Shown here in pieces: positions 38,537-48,182 of a DNA stretch of 64,000 nt (position 1 is the first letter of the stretch; each line of letters starts with the position of its first letter). Source of the DNA: Bryobacterales bacterium (GTDB lineage: Bacteria > Acidobacteriota > Terriglobia > Bryobacterales > Bryobacteraceae); NCBI GenBank assembly GCA_027324255.1, contig DAHVTI010000320.1, forward strand, positions 1,409 to 65,408, written 5' to 3'. The notes beneath the pieces are model-generated. The model was not told the DNA's origin. It ran no database searches and saw only the letters and a program-made list of their open reading frames with translations. A program made the position numbers and the translations under genes.

Positions 38537-39110
38537 GGGGGCCGCCGCAAGCCGCCACCTTTCGCCCGGATCCCTGTATGACCCGGCGGGCCGCTTCGGC
38601 GATCTGGCGCGGGATCAACGGGCCAGTCTTCAGAACGACCTGGTCACCATTGTGATCTACGACAAAGCATCGGCGATGTCCAAAGGGGCAACCAAGACCG
38701 CCCGGACCAGCTCGGTCAGCGCCTCGGTGCGCGCACTGGCCGGGCCGACGAGAGTGAACGGGCCGCTGACTTCGATGGCCGACCTGGGAGGAAGCAGTTC
38801 TCTCGACGGGCAGGGTGAGACCTCCCGCGAGAACGTGCTCCAAACAACCCTCTCGGCCCGAGTGACTCACGTGCTGCCCAATGGCAACCTCGTCGTGGAA
38901 GGATCCAAGGAGATCATGGTCAATTCCGAGCGGCAGCGGGTTACGGTTCGCGGAATGCTCCGCTGGAACGATCTTTCCCCCACGAATCGTGTTTCATCGG
39001 ACCGCCTGGCCGAGTTAGAGGTGAGGGTTGACGGCAAGGGCGTCGTCAACGATGCGATCCGGCGGCCGAACTTCCTGTACCGTCTTCTCCTGGGGCTGCT
39101 CCCCTTCTGA
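38394..39110 (+). CDS. flgH: L-ring protein
   Basis: GSLY, DLVTIVIYDKASA, SARVTHVLPNGNLVVEGSKEI..NSE; GGAGG SD before ATG 38394. Confidence 0.9.
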   Translation: MLKTAHRALLLSLLLSLAPLIIAGDRAAKAKSGRDPVKPLDRLILEAEGAAASRHLSPGSLYDPAGRFGDLARDQRASLQNDLVTIVIYDKASAMSKGATKTARTSSVSASVRALAGPTRVNGPLTSMADLGGSSSLDGQGETSRENVLQTTLSARVTHVLPNGNLVVEGSKEIMVNSERQRVTVRGMLRWNDLSPTNRVSSDRLAELEVRVDGKGVVNDAIRRPNFLYRLLLGLLPF

Positions 39111-39113
39111 GCC

Positions 39114-40196
39114 ATGAAACTACTCATCCTGCCGCTTGTAATCCTGCCGCTGGTCTCAGCCGGCGTGCGTGTCAAGGAAATCGCCGCCATTGAGGGAGTC
39201 CGGGACAACCAACTCATCGGCTACGGACTGGTGGTCGGTCTGAACGGCACCGGCGACAAGCGCCAGACCTTTTTCTCGTCCCAGACACTGGCCAACATGC
39301 TTGACCGGATGGGCGTACAGGTCTCCCCCACGGCCATGCTGGTCCGCAACATGGCAGCCGTCATGATTACCGCCAATCTGCCACCGTTTTCCCAGCCGGG
39401 GCTGCGAATCGACGTTCAGGTGGCCGCGATCGGCGATGCCACCAACCTTCAGGGAGGCCTGCTCATTCTGACCCCGCTGAAAGCCGCGGATGGGCAGGTC
39501 TTTGCTGTCGCCCAGGGGTCGGTCGTGACGGGCGGATTTGTGGCTGGGAGGGGAGGAGGCAACGCGACGACTCTGAATCATCCCACTGCCGGCAGAGTGC
39601 CCGGCGGCGCGATCGTGGAGCGACCAGCGCCATCCATTACCCCAGACGGGAAACTCCGGCTCCAGCTTCGGCAGTCTGATTTCACGACCGCAGCCCGACT
39701 GGCGGAGGTCGTCAACCGGTCCTTCTCCGCCACTCTCGCCCGCTGCGAGAGCGCCGGGGTGGTGATAGTCGACGTTCCACCCCAATTCCGTTCCCGCAGC
39801 GTGGAGTTCATTGCCACCCTTGAGGCTCTGACTCTGGAAACGGACCACATTGAGCGGATTGTGGTCAATGAGCGTACCGGGACGATTGCCGCGGGGAGAG
39901 ACATTCGCATCCGGCCGATCGCCGTCCTGCACGGAGCGCTTTCGGTGGAGGTTCAGACCACCCTGGATGTTTCCCAGCCGGCGCCTTTCAGCGAGGGAAA
40001 GTCGATGGTGGTTCCGCAGACGACGACCTCCGTCAAGGAGGAGAAGGCAAAGGGCATTCAGCTCAAGCAGGGAGCGACCGTGGACGACCTGGTGAAGGCG
40101 CTCACCTCGATCGGTTCGACTGCCCGCGACGTCATTGCGATTCTGCAGAGCCTGAAGGCGGCCGGCGCGCTGGACGCTGAAATCGAAGTGATTTAA
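39114..40196 (+). CDS. flgI: P-ring protein
   Basis: RVKEIAAIEGVRDNQLIGYGLVVGLNGTGD, VVNERTGTI, ILQSLKAAGAL. Confidence 0.96.
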   Translation: MKLLILPLVILPLVSAGVRVKEIAAIEGVRDNQLIGYGLVVGLNGTGDKRQTFFSSQTLANMLDRMGVQVSPTAMLVRNMAAVMITANLPPFSQPGLRIDVQVAAIGDATNLQGGLLILTPLKAADGQVFAVAQGSVVTGGFVAGRGGGNATTLNHPTAGRVPGGAIVERPAPSITPDGKLRLQLRQSDFTTAARLAEVVNRSFSATLARCESAGVVIVDVPPQFRSRSVEFIATLEALTLETDHIERIVVNERTGTIAAGRDIRIRPIAVLHGALSVEVQTTLDVSQPAPFSEGKSMVVPQTTTSVKEEKAKGIQLKQGATVDDLVKALTSIGSTARDVIAILQSLKAAGALDAEIEVI

Positions 40197-40209
40197 GGAG
40201 GAGCAGCCG

Positions 40210-40557
40210 ATGACTGATTATCAAGTGAAAGTCTCGCCGTTCGACTGGGCGGCTGGGGCTGGAGACCGCCAGGCCGGCATGGAGCCGAAGCGGGTTCGTG
40301 AAGCTGCCAGCCAGTTTGAATCGCTCCTGATCGCACAAATGTTGAGCAGCATGCGGCAGTCCGACGGCGGCGGGTGGCTTGGCTGCGGGGACGACCAGGC
40401 GGGGGCGACGATGACGGAGATGGCGGAGCAATGCGTGGCGCAGTCGATTGCCGCTTCCGGCGGCTTAGGTTTGGCGCCGATTGTCGAACGGGGACTCACC
40501 CGGGCCTCGGAAGCTGCTCGCGAGCCGTCCGGTCCTCCGGTCATCCGCAGGCGCTGA
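40210..40557 (+). CDS. flgJ: Rod-binding protein (FlgJ N-domain only, no muramidase)
   Basis: REAASQFESLLIAQMLSSMR...GGLGLAPIV; 115 aa. Confidence 0.8.
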   Translation: MTDYQVKVSPFDWAAGAGDRQAGMEPKRVREAASQFESLLIAQMLSSMRQSDGGGWLGCGDDQAGATMTEMAEQCVAQSIAASGGLGLAPIVERGLTRASEAAREPSGPPVIRRR

Positions 40558-40984
40558 GACTAGACAGCGGGCTCATGTCGAGGTTTGAGGCGCCGTAGGC
40601 AACGGGCTCCAGTTCTCTCGCCGGGCGCAGTTCGCGCCAAGCTTCGAGAAGCGTCGACACCACCCTGCCGGCTTCGGAGAAGGCCCGGTCCTGTTGCGCG
40701 AAGTTTCCTTCCTGCAGGCGGTCGGAGATGAACTCGTAAAGGCGGGCGAGGCTGGATGCGACCTCTCCGCCCCTTTCGCGGTCGAGCGAAGAGGACAACT
40801 CTGCCACTATCTCCAAGGCCCGGCTGGCTGACCTGGCTCGACCGGCAATGTCCCCGTCGCGGAGAGCCTGCCTGGCGGCCTGGATAGACTCCCCCAGTCC
40901 TTCATAGAGCATCACCACCAGTTCCAGTGGGTCGGCGCAGAGGATCGCCTGCTGCATGTGTTCTCGATAGGGATCGTATGTCAT
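40541..40984 (-). CDS. fliS: Flagellin export chaperone
   Basis: ADPLELVVMLYEG...IVAELSSSLD.E.GGEVA..L..LY...LLEAW. Confidence 0.92.
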   Translation of the reverse strand: MTYDPYREHMQQAILCADPLELVVMLYEGLGESIQAARQALRDGDIAGRARSASRALEIVAELSSSLDRERGGEVASSLARLYEFISDRLQEGNFAQQDRAFSEAGRVVSTLLEAWRELRPARELEPVAYGASNLDMSPLSSLSACG

Positions 40985-41014
40985 TAGCGTGGTTAGCTCT
41001 CGGAACCTCAGCGC

Positions 41015-41293
41015 TTACAGGCTTGTCTCCTCAGCCAGCCGCAGAACGTATTCGGGCGGAATCTGGCGGATCACTTCCTGCGTCTCCTTGTCAACAATCT
41101 TCATGACCGTCCGTCGCGTCTGCCGGTCGAAGGTAAACGTGAGTTCGCTCTTCTGTCCGAACAGTTGCGCCTCATTCACGGCCTTCACCGCATGGATGAG
41201 TTGAAGTTGCTCGGTCCTTTCCTGCGGGGTAAGTGGTGTAGCCAGCGAAATCGCCGGCGAGTCTCCCATGCCCTCGATTCTCCTTATTTCCAA
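41015..41293 (-). CDS. flaG: FlaG family flagellar protein
   Basis: ELTFTFDRQT..TVMKIVDKETQEVIRQIPPE; TTG start with AGGAGG (alternative ATG 41269). Confidence 0.9.
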   Translation of the reverse strand: MEIRRIEGMGDSPAISLATPLTPQERTEQLQLIHAVKAVNEAQLFGQKSELTFTFDRQTRRTVMKIVDKETQEVIRQIPPEYVLRLAEETSL

Positions 41294-41333
41294 GGGGAGC
41301 CTCCTTTCCCGGTCTCCTCAATTCCCACTGAAC

Positions 41334-41360
41334 ACATCGGACCGAATTGGCAGCGTTTGA
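41334..41360 (-). promoter_or_regulatory. Sigma-28 (FliA) promoter for flaG-fliS
   Basis: TCAA-N15-TCCGATGT versus consensus TAAA-N15-GCCGATAA, with exact spacing. Confidence 0.7.
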
Positions 41361-41390
41361 AAGAGAAAAAGCGCCAGCCGGCGCTGGCGC
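41361..41390 (-). terminator. Rho-independent terminator downstream of nuoB
   Basis: Minus strand GCGCCAGC-GCCG-GCTGGCGC followed by TTTTTCTCTT. Confidence 0.75.
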
Positions 41391-41437
41391 CTCAAGATCC
41401 GTGCTTGTTTCTTCCGTTTCGAATCCCGAGCAGAATC

Positions 41438-42001
41438 CTACTCGAGGTTCAATACCCGCTTGACGGTCCCGCGCTCCTTCTGGATCTTCTCCTGCAGCAT
41501 CATGATCGCGTAGATCAACTGTTCCGGGCGAGGGGGGCAGCCGGGGACGTAGACGTCTACCGGAATGACCTGGTTCACCGGGATCAAGGCGTAGTTGCTG
41601 AAGACACCCGTCGAAGTCGCGCATGCGCCCATCGAGATCACCCACCGGGGCTCAGGCATCTGCTGATAGAGTTGCCGGATCACCGGGGCCATTTTGTTCG
41701 ACACCCTGCCGGCGATGATCATCAGGTCGGCCTGCCTCGGGCTGCCTCGGAATACCTCCGCGCCGAACCGGGCAATGTCGAACCTGGATGCGCTCATGGC
41801 CATCATTTCGATGGCGCAGCACGCCAGTCCGAACGTCATGGGCCAGATGGAATTCTTCCGCCCCCAGTTAATGACGTTGTCAACCGTGGTCAGCAGGATG
41901 CCGCTGTCCTGGCCGAAACTCCCTTCCTGGTCGATGCGATCGTAAAGACCTGCCGGCAGTTCCCCCAATTGGATCTGGTTCTCTCGGATCGTGTTTTCCA
42001 T
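41438..42001 (-). CDS. nuoB: NADH-quinone oxidoreductase subunit B (stand-alone)
   Basis: [36 protein letters not shown] with all four Fe-S cysteines. Confidence 0.93.
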   Translation of the reverse strand: MENTIRENQIQLGELPAGLYDRIDQEGSFGQDSGILLTTVDNVINWGRKNSIWPMTFGLACCAIEMMAMSASRFDIARFGAEVFRGSPRQADLMIIAGRVSNKMAPVIRQLYQQMPEPRWVISMGACATSTGVFSNYALIPVNQVIPVDVYVPGCPPRPEQLIYAIMMLQEKIQKERGTVKRVLNLE

Positions 42002-42075
42002 GGCCCTCTTCCCCTTAGATTATCCCACGCGCGGCCCGATGCATCACCTGCCGGCGGGTAGAATGAAAGGAATCC

Positions 42076-44268
42076 ATGGCATCTTCCTACGCCGACCTCC
42101 TCGGCCCGCTTTGCGGCGAATTCGGTATCGACACAGAGTACTGGGACATCTGGGGCCGGCGCCACCGGACGAGCGAAGCCGCCTTGCTGGCTATCCTCCA
42201 CTCGTTCGGCTTGGATACTGCGACTCCCGACGCCCTGGAGGCTTCCGCCCGGCAGTTTCACCGGAAGAATCAGGCCCGCCCGCTCGATCCAGTGGCGGTT
42301 CTCAGCGTGGCAGACCCCAGCCCGCGAGTGCCCCTGCGCGCGCCGGAGGGGGCGAAAGTGGCGATGGCTCTGTACTTTGAGGATGGCCGCGCCGAGCGGC
42401 AGGACCTGGTCGTGGCCGCCGGGCAGCAGACGCTGCCGCTGCCGGTTCCGCTGCCCCTCGGCTACCATGACCTGGAACTGTCTGTACGGACACCCGTTGG
42501 ACCTGATATCCGGGCCAGCCAGCGCATCATTGTCGCCCCGGAGCGGGCGTGGCTCCCCGAAATCCTCCAGAATGGCGGGCGTGCCGCCGGACTGGCTGTC
42601 AGCTTGTATGGCGTCCGCTCCAGCCGCAATTGGGGTGTGGGCGATTTCACTGACCTCGCCGCACTTTGCCGCTGGACCGCCAGTGCGCTGGGCGCCGGTT
42701 TCATCGCCCTGAATCCACTCCATGCCCTGCACAACCGGCAACCCTACAACACCAGCCCTTACCTTCCGCTCTCCGTCTTTCAGCGCAACTTCCTCTATCT
42801 CGACGTCGAGGCGGTGGAAGACCTTCAGGCTTCGGCCAAGGCCCAGGCGTTGATTCGCTCGCAGCCGTTCCAGCAGGATCTGGCCGCGCTGCGTTCCGCC
42901 GAATACGTCGAATACGAACGCGTTGCCCGCCTGAAACGGACCGTCCTCCGGCTCCTTTTCCGTAGCTTCTTCCGCGAGCACTGGCTGGCGCAGACTCCGC
43001 GCGCCCGCGAGTTCCAGGCTTGGGCCGCGGCCCAGGGCGACCTCCTCGACCGCTTCGCCACTTACAGTGCGCTTGATGAAGTCCTGCATGCCCAGGACCG
43101 GAACTTGTGGATCTGGCCGGACTGGCCGGAGGAGTTTCGCGATCCGGATTCGCCAGCCGTTCGGGAGTTTGCTCGCACGCACCGGCGCCGGGTTCTGTTC
43201 CACAAGTACCTGCAATGGCAGGTAGATCTGCAACTGCAAGCCGTTCAGAAGCTTACCGGCGAGCTCGGGATGCCCGTCGGTCTCTATCACGACCTCGCCC
43301 TAGCCACGGACCGCTGTGGCGCCGACCTCTGGGCCTACCGCCCGTTCTTCATCAGCGGTTGCCGGGTGGGATCGCCGCCCGACGACTTCGCGCCCGAGGG
43401 CCAGGACTGGGCCTTCCCACCGCCGAACTCCCGCACCCACCTCGAGAATGGCTACCGGCTCTTCGTGGAGACCATCCGCCGCAACGCCAGCCACGGCGGC
43501 GCCCTGCGCATCGACCACGTCATGCGCTTCTTCCGCCTCTTCTGGATCCCTGAAGGTGTGACCGCCGCCGAGGGAACATACGTCAACGAGCGCTGGCAGG
43601 ATCTCATTCGAATCCTCGCCCTGGAGAGCGTCCGCGGTAGTTTCCTCGTCGTGGGAGAGGACCTCGGCACCGTGCCCTTAGGGTTGCGCGAGGCGATGGA
43701 ACAGTACGGGATGCTCCGCTACAAGCTCTTCTATTTCGAAAAGGGCGGCGACGGGCTGCCGCTCCCCTGCTCGGCTTACCCCAGCGGCGCCCTCGTCTCA
43801 TCCACCACGCACGACCTCCCGACGCTGGCCGGCTTCTGGGCCGGCCGCGACATCGAGGCCCGGCGCGCGGCCGGTGTGCTCAATGACGAGGGGCTCTACC
43901 ACCGGCAGACAGAGGAACGGCGCGCCGAGAAACGCAGGATGACGGAGGCGCTCATCCGGGACGGCTTTCTCCCGCCCGACTTCCCCCGCGAAGCGGCCGA
44001 CTGGTCCGAACTCACCGGGGACCTCCACAACGCTATCATCGGCTTCCTCATGAGCACTCCCGCCGCGCTGATGCTGCTCAATCAGGAAGACCTGACCAAG
44101 GAACTGGATCAGCAGAACCTGCCTGGCACCACCTGGCAATACCCCAACTGGCGGCGCAAGATGCGCTACAGCGTCGAGGAACTCGAGACCTCGAAAACGG
44201 CCGCCGACTTCGCGTTGATGATGCGCTCCTGGCTGGAGCGCACCAACCGCTTCACCGGATCGCGCTGA
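42076..44268 (+). CDS. malQ: 4-alpha-glucanotransferase (amylomaltase, GH77)
   Basis: GVGDFTDL, LNPLH, SPY, GLYHDLA, GQDWAFPP, LRIDHVM, VGEDLGTVP, STTHDLPT, QNLPGT..QYPNW. Confidence 0.95.
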   Translation: MASSYADLLGPLCGEFGIDTEYWDIWGRRHRTSEAALLAILHSFGLDTATPDALEASARQFHRKNQARPLDPVAVLSVADPSPRVPLRAPEGAKVAMALYFEDGRAERQDLVVAAGQQTLPLPVPLPLGYHDLELSVRTPVGPDIRASQRIIVAPERAWLPEILQNGGRAAGLAVSLYGVRSSRNWGVGDFTDLAALCRWTASALGAGFIALNPLHALHNRQPYNTSPYLPLSVFQRNFLYLDVEAVEDLQASAKAQALIRSQPFQQDLAALRSAEYVEYERVARLKRTVLRLLFRSFFREHWLAQTPRAREFQAWAAAQGDLLDRFATYSALDEVLHAQDRNLWIWPDWPEEFRDPDSPAVREFARTHRRRVLFHKYLQWQVDLQLQAVQKLTGELGMPVGLYHDLALATDRCGADLWAYRPFFISGCRVGSPPDDFAPEGQDWAFPPPNSRTHLENGYRLFVETIRRNASHGGALRIDHVMRFFRLFWIPEGVTAAEGTYVNERWQDLIRILALESVRGSFLVVGEDLGTVPLGLREAMEQYGMLRYKLFYFEKGGDGLPLPCSAYPSGALVSSTTHDLPTLAGFWAGRDIEARRAAGVLNDEGLYHRQTEERRAEKRRMTEALIRDGFLPPDFPREAADWSELTGDLHNAIIGFLMSTPAALMLLNQEDLTKELDQQNLPGTTWQYPNWRRKMRYSVEELETSKTAADFALMMRSWLERTNRFTGSR

Positions 44269-44875
44269 ACGGCACGTCGGTGATGCGGTACCGGCGCCAG
44301 TCCTTGTAGTCAAAGTGCCACCACTCGTACTCGTAGACCGTAAAGCCTTCGGCCTCCATGGCCTCCCGCAACAGCGTCCTCAAGCTCCGCTCTCCGCTGG
44401 TGCTTCCGGGGTAGTCGGGGTATGCCCGTTCCGTCATCTCGTCATACTCGCTGGGCATCCTCACGGCCAGGCCCGTCTTCAGGTCGAACAGCGTGACGTC
44501 GGCCGCGCATCCGCGGTTGTGGCGCGAACCGCGCGCCGGGTCGGCCACGAACACTTTCTTCTCTTCAGGGGTCGCGTCCCAGAACAGTTTGGTCACTGAC
44601 CACGGCCGGTAACCGTCGTGCACCAGGATGCCGTAGCCATTGGCTCTCAGCCGCCGGTGCGCGCGAACCAGGCTTTCGGCCGCCGGCCGCTGCAGAAAGG
44701 CCCGGGCTTGCGCGTACACCGGCCGGCCGAGAAAGTTCTCTGACCGCGCGTAGCGGATGTCCAGCCGGATTGTCGGGTCCAGCTTGACCAGTTCCACCAG
44801 GTCGTTGTCGCGAAAGTTGCCGGTCTCAGCCGGGGGCTGGCCCAGCAAGGCCAGCAGCGCCAGAAGGATTCGCAT
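44252..44875 (-). CDS. ddpX: D-alanyl-D-alanine dipeptidase (M15D, VanX/DdpX-like), secreted
   Basis: DIRYA..NFLG, HDGYRPW, SRHNRGCAAD, EWWHFD. Confidence 0.88.
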   Translation of the reverse strand: MRILLALLALLGQPPAETGNFRDNDLVELVKLDPTIRLDIRYARSENFLGRPVYAQARAFLQRPAAESLVRAHRRLRANGYGILVHDGYRPWSVTKLFWDATPEEKKVFVADPARGSRHNRGCAADVTLFDLKTGLAVRMPSEYDEMTERAYPDYPGSTSGERSLRTLLREAMEAEGFTVYEYEWWHFDYKDWRRYRITDVPFSAIR

Positions 44876-44941
44876 AGCGAAGAGTTTACGGCCTCAAGGG
44901 GTCTGGTGCAGCTACAATCGGGAATTTGGAGGGTCCAGCCC

Positions 44942-47900
44942 GTGCCGATCCGAACCTGCTGCCTGCTCGCCTTCTGCGCCGCCGCCTGGGGACAGTCTCC
45001 GCTTCTGCTTCAGAAGCCGGCCATGAACCGCACTCACATCGTCTTTACCTACGCCGGCGATCTCTGGACCGTGCCGCGCACGGGCGGCGAGGCGGTCCGG
45101 CTCACCACTGCTGCCGGCGTCGAAGCGGACGCCGTGGTCTCGCCCGACGGCAAGACCATCGCCTTCAGCGGCAGCTACGACGGCAACGTCGATGTCTTCA
45201 CGGTGCCATTTTCCGGCGGCGTCCCCAGGCGCCTGACGTGGCACCCCGGTCCGGATACGCCCCTCGCCTTCACCGCGGACGGCAAGCAGATCCTCTTCCG
45301 CAGCGGACGAGCCACGCCGGCGGGAGGCGCGAAATTCTTCACGATGAGCGCGGAGGGCGGCCCAGCCGCCGAGTTGCCCCTCCCCATGGGGCATCAGGCG
45401 GCCTACTCGCCGGATGGCAAGAGCCTGGCTTATACGCCGCTCGCGCCGGCCTTCACCATCTGGAAGCGCTATGCCGGCGGGCGGACCAGCCCCGTCTGGA
45501 TCGCCAATCTGGCCGATTCCCGCATCGAAAAGATCCCGCGCGTCAACTCCAACGACTACTATCCGCTCTGGGCTGGCCACAAGGTCTACTTTCTGAGCGA
45601 CCGTTTCGGCGCCATGACGCTCTGCTCCTACGACACCCGTTCGAAGAAAGTGGAGCAGGCCATCCGCAACGCGGGCCTCGATTACAAGAGCGCCTCCCTG
45701 GGGCCGGACGCGATCGTGCTGGAGCACTTCGGCGCCATCGAGCTGTTCGATCCGAAGTCCGGCAAAGTGACGCCGGTGCCTGCCACGCTGAACGGTGACC
45801 TGCCCAACGTCCGCCCCTACTACGACAAAGTCGGCCCGAAGATTCAGACGTCGGGCCTCTCTCCCACCGGCGCCCGCGCCGTCTTTGAGGCCCGCGGCGA
45901 CATCTTCACCGTGCCGGCCGAAAAAGGCGACGTGCGCAACCTGACGGCCACCAGCGGAGCCGCCGAGCGCTTCCCCGCCTGGAGCCCCGACGGCCAGAAG
46001 ATCGCCTGGTTCTCCGACCAGAGCGGCGAGTACCGGCTCCACGTCGTCTCCCAGAACGGCCAGGGTGAGGTGCGCAGGATCGACCTCGGCTGGAAGGCCT
46101 TCTTCTACTCCCCCACCTGGTCGCCGGACGGCAAGAAGATCCTCTTCCGCGACTCGAATCTTCAACTCAGCTACACCGATCTCGACTCCGGCAAGGTGAC
46201 CCGCATCGACGCCGACTACTACGACGTGCCGGACCGCGATGAGGTCAGCCCCTCCTGGTCCCCCGATTCGAAGTGGATCGTCTACAGCAAGCTGGGCCGC
46301 AATTTCCTGCGGGCCGTGCACGTCTACTCGCTTGCCGGCGACAAGTCCACTCAAATCAGCGACGGACTCAGCGATCAGCGCCATGCGGTGTGGGACAAGG
46401 ACGGCCGCCACATCTTCTTCACCGCCAGCACCAATACCGGGCTCTCCACCGGCTGGCTCGATATGTCTTCTCTGGACCGGCTGGTGAACCGCAACGTTTA
46501 CGTGGTGGTGCTGCGCCGCGACGATCCGTCCCCGTTCGCGCCGGAAAGCGATGAAGAGAAGCCTGAGCCGGCCCAGAAAGCAGAGGCAAAGAAAGAGCCC
46601 GAAAAGAAGCCGGTGGACGTGCGCATCGACCTCGACGGCATCGGCCAGCGCATTTTGGCGCTGCCCGGCACGGCGCGCAACTACGCCGGCCTCGCCGCCG
46701 GAAAGGCCGGTGTCCTCTTCCTCCTGGAGGCGCCTGCCGCGCCTCAAAACGGCCCTGCCGCCCTGACCCTGCACAAGTACGACGCCAAGACCCGCAAAAC
46801 GGAGAAGCTCCTCGACGGCATCCGCTCCATCGACGTGTCCTTCAACGGCGAGAAGATGCTCTACCGGCAGGGAGAGAAGTGGTTCATTGCCGGCACTGCC
46901 GCGCCGCCCAAGCCCGGCGATGGGGCCATCAAGACCGGCGACATGGAGATGCGCGTCGAGCCCACGAAGGAGTGGGGGCAGATCTACAACGAAGTCTGGC
47001 GCCTGGAACGCGACTTCTTCTACGATCCGAACCTGCACGGCGTCAACCTGGCCGACTACAAGGCGAAGTACTCGAAGTTCCTGCCCGGCGTCGCGCACCG
47101 CGCCGACCTGAACTACCTCTTCGGCGAAATGCTCGGCGAGATGTCGGTGGGCCACCTCTACGTCAACGGCGGCGCCATGCCGGAAGTCAAGTCGGTTCCG
47201 GTCGGCCTGCTGGGCGCCGACTATGCCATCGAAAACGGCAGCTACAAGTTCGCCAAGGTCTACAATGGCGAGAACTGGAACCCCAGCCTGCGCGCCCCGC
47301 TCACCGCCCCCGGCGTCAATGGGAAAGCCGGTGAATTTCTGCTGGCGGTGAACGGCCGCAACGTCAGCGCCAACGAGGATGTCTACAGCTACTTCGAGGC
47401 CACCTCCGGCAAGAGCGTGGTGCTGAAAGTGGGGCCGAATGCCTCGGGTGACGGCGCCCGCGAAGTGACCGTCGTGCCCGTGGCCAGCGAGCAGGCGCTG
47501 CGCTACATGGCGTGGGCGGAAGACAACCGGCGCAAGGTGGAGCAGTTGTCCGGCGGGCGCCTGGGATACGTTCACCTGCCCAACACCTCCGTGCAGGGCT
47601 ACTCGAACTTCAACCGCTGGTTCTTCGCCCAGGTCGGCAAGGAGGGGATGGTGCTCGACGAACGGTTCAATGGCGGCGGCTTCGTGGCCGATTACATCGT
47701 CGATTATCTCCGCCGTCCGCTGCTGAACTACTTCACCACCCGCGCCGGCCGAGAATTCACCACGCCAATGAACGGCGTGTTCGGGCCCAAGGCGATGATC
47801 GTCAACGAGTGGGCCGGCTCAGGCGGCGACGCCCTGCCGTGGATGTTCAAGAAGTTGAAGATCGGGCCTGTCATCGGGAAGCGCACTTGGGGCGGCCTGG

Positions 47901-48166
47901 TCGGCATCTTCGGTTTCCCGCCGCTCATCGACGGCGGAAGAGTGACCGCCCCGAACCTGGCTTTCTATAACACCGAGAAGCAGTGGGACGTGGAGAACCA
48001 CGGCACGGACCCCGACATCGAAGTCGAGCAGGATCCGGCGCTGGTCCGTCAGGGCGGCGATCCGCAACTGGAAAAAGCCGTCCAAGTTCTGTTGGACAGC
48101 CTGAAGAAGAACCCGCTGCCGAAATACGAGCGGCCGGAATACCCGAACTACCACCGGGCCCAGTGA
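44942..48166 (+). CDS. Tricorn-like S41 protease
   Basis: Signal peptide, two propellers (WSPD repeats), PDZ, DERFNGGG, AGSGGD catalytic Ser, GKRTWGG, ENHGTDPD. Confidence 0.92.
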   Translation: MPIRTCCLLAFCAAAWGQSPLLLQKPAMNRTHIVFTYAGDLWTVPRTGGEAVRLTTAAGVEADAVVSPDGKTIAFSGSYDGNVDVFTVPFSGGVPRRLTWHPGPDTPLAFTADGKQILFRSGRATPAGGAKFFTMSAEGGPAAELPLPMGHQAAYSPDGKSLAYTPLAPAFTIWKRYAGGRTSPVWIANLADSRIEKIPRVNSNDYYPLWAGHKVYFLSDRFGAMTLCSYDTRSKKVEQAIRNAGLDYKSASLGPDAIVLEHFGAIELFDPKSGKVTPVPATLNGDLPNVRPYYDKVGPKIQTSGLSPTGARAVFEARGDIFTVPAEKGDVRNLTATSGAAERFPAWSPDGQKIAWFSDQSGEYRLHVVSQNGQGEVRRIDLGWKAFFYSPTWSPDGKKILFRDSNLQLSYTDLDSGKVTRIDADYYDVPDRDEVSPSWSPDSKWIVYSKLGRNFLRAVHVYSLAGDKSTQISDGLSDQRHAVWDKDGRHIFFTASTNTGLSTGWLDMSSLDRLVNRNVYVVVLRRDDPSPFAPESDEEKPEPAQKAEAKKEPEKKPVDVRIDLDGIGQRILALPGTARNYAGLAAGKAGVLFLLEAPAAPQNGPAALTLHKYDAKTRKTEKLLDGIRSIDVSFNGEKMLYRQGEKWFIAGTAAPPKPGDGAIKTGDMEMRVEPTKEWGQIYNEVWRLERDFFYDPNLHGVNLADYKAKYSKFLPGVAHRADLNYLFGEMLGEMSVGHLYVNGGAMPEVKSVPVGLLGADYAIENGSYKFAKVYNGENWNPSLRAPLTAPGVNGKAGEFLLAVNGRNVSANEDVYSYFEATSGKSVVLKVGPNASGDGAREVTVVPVASEQALRYMAWAEDNRRKVEQLSGGRLGYVHLPNTSVQGYSNFNRWFFAQVGKEGMVLDERFNGGGFVADYIVDYLRRPLLNYFTTRAGREFTTPMNGVFGPKAMIVNEWAGSGGDALPWMFKKLKIGPVIGKRTWGGLVGIFGFPPLIDGGRVTAPNLAFYNTEKQWDVENHGTDPDIEVEQDPALVRQGGDPQLEKAVQVLLDSLKKNPLPKYERPEYPNYHRAQ

Positions 48167-48182
48167 CGCCCGGCTCCGCGGC

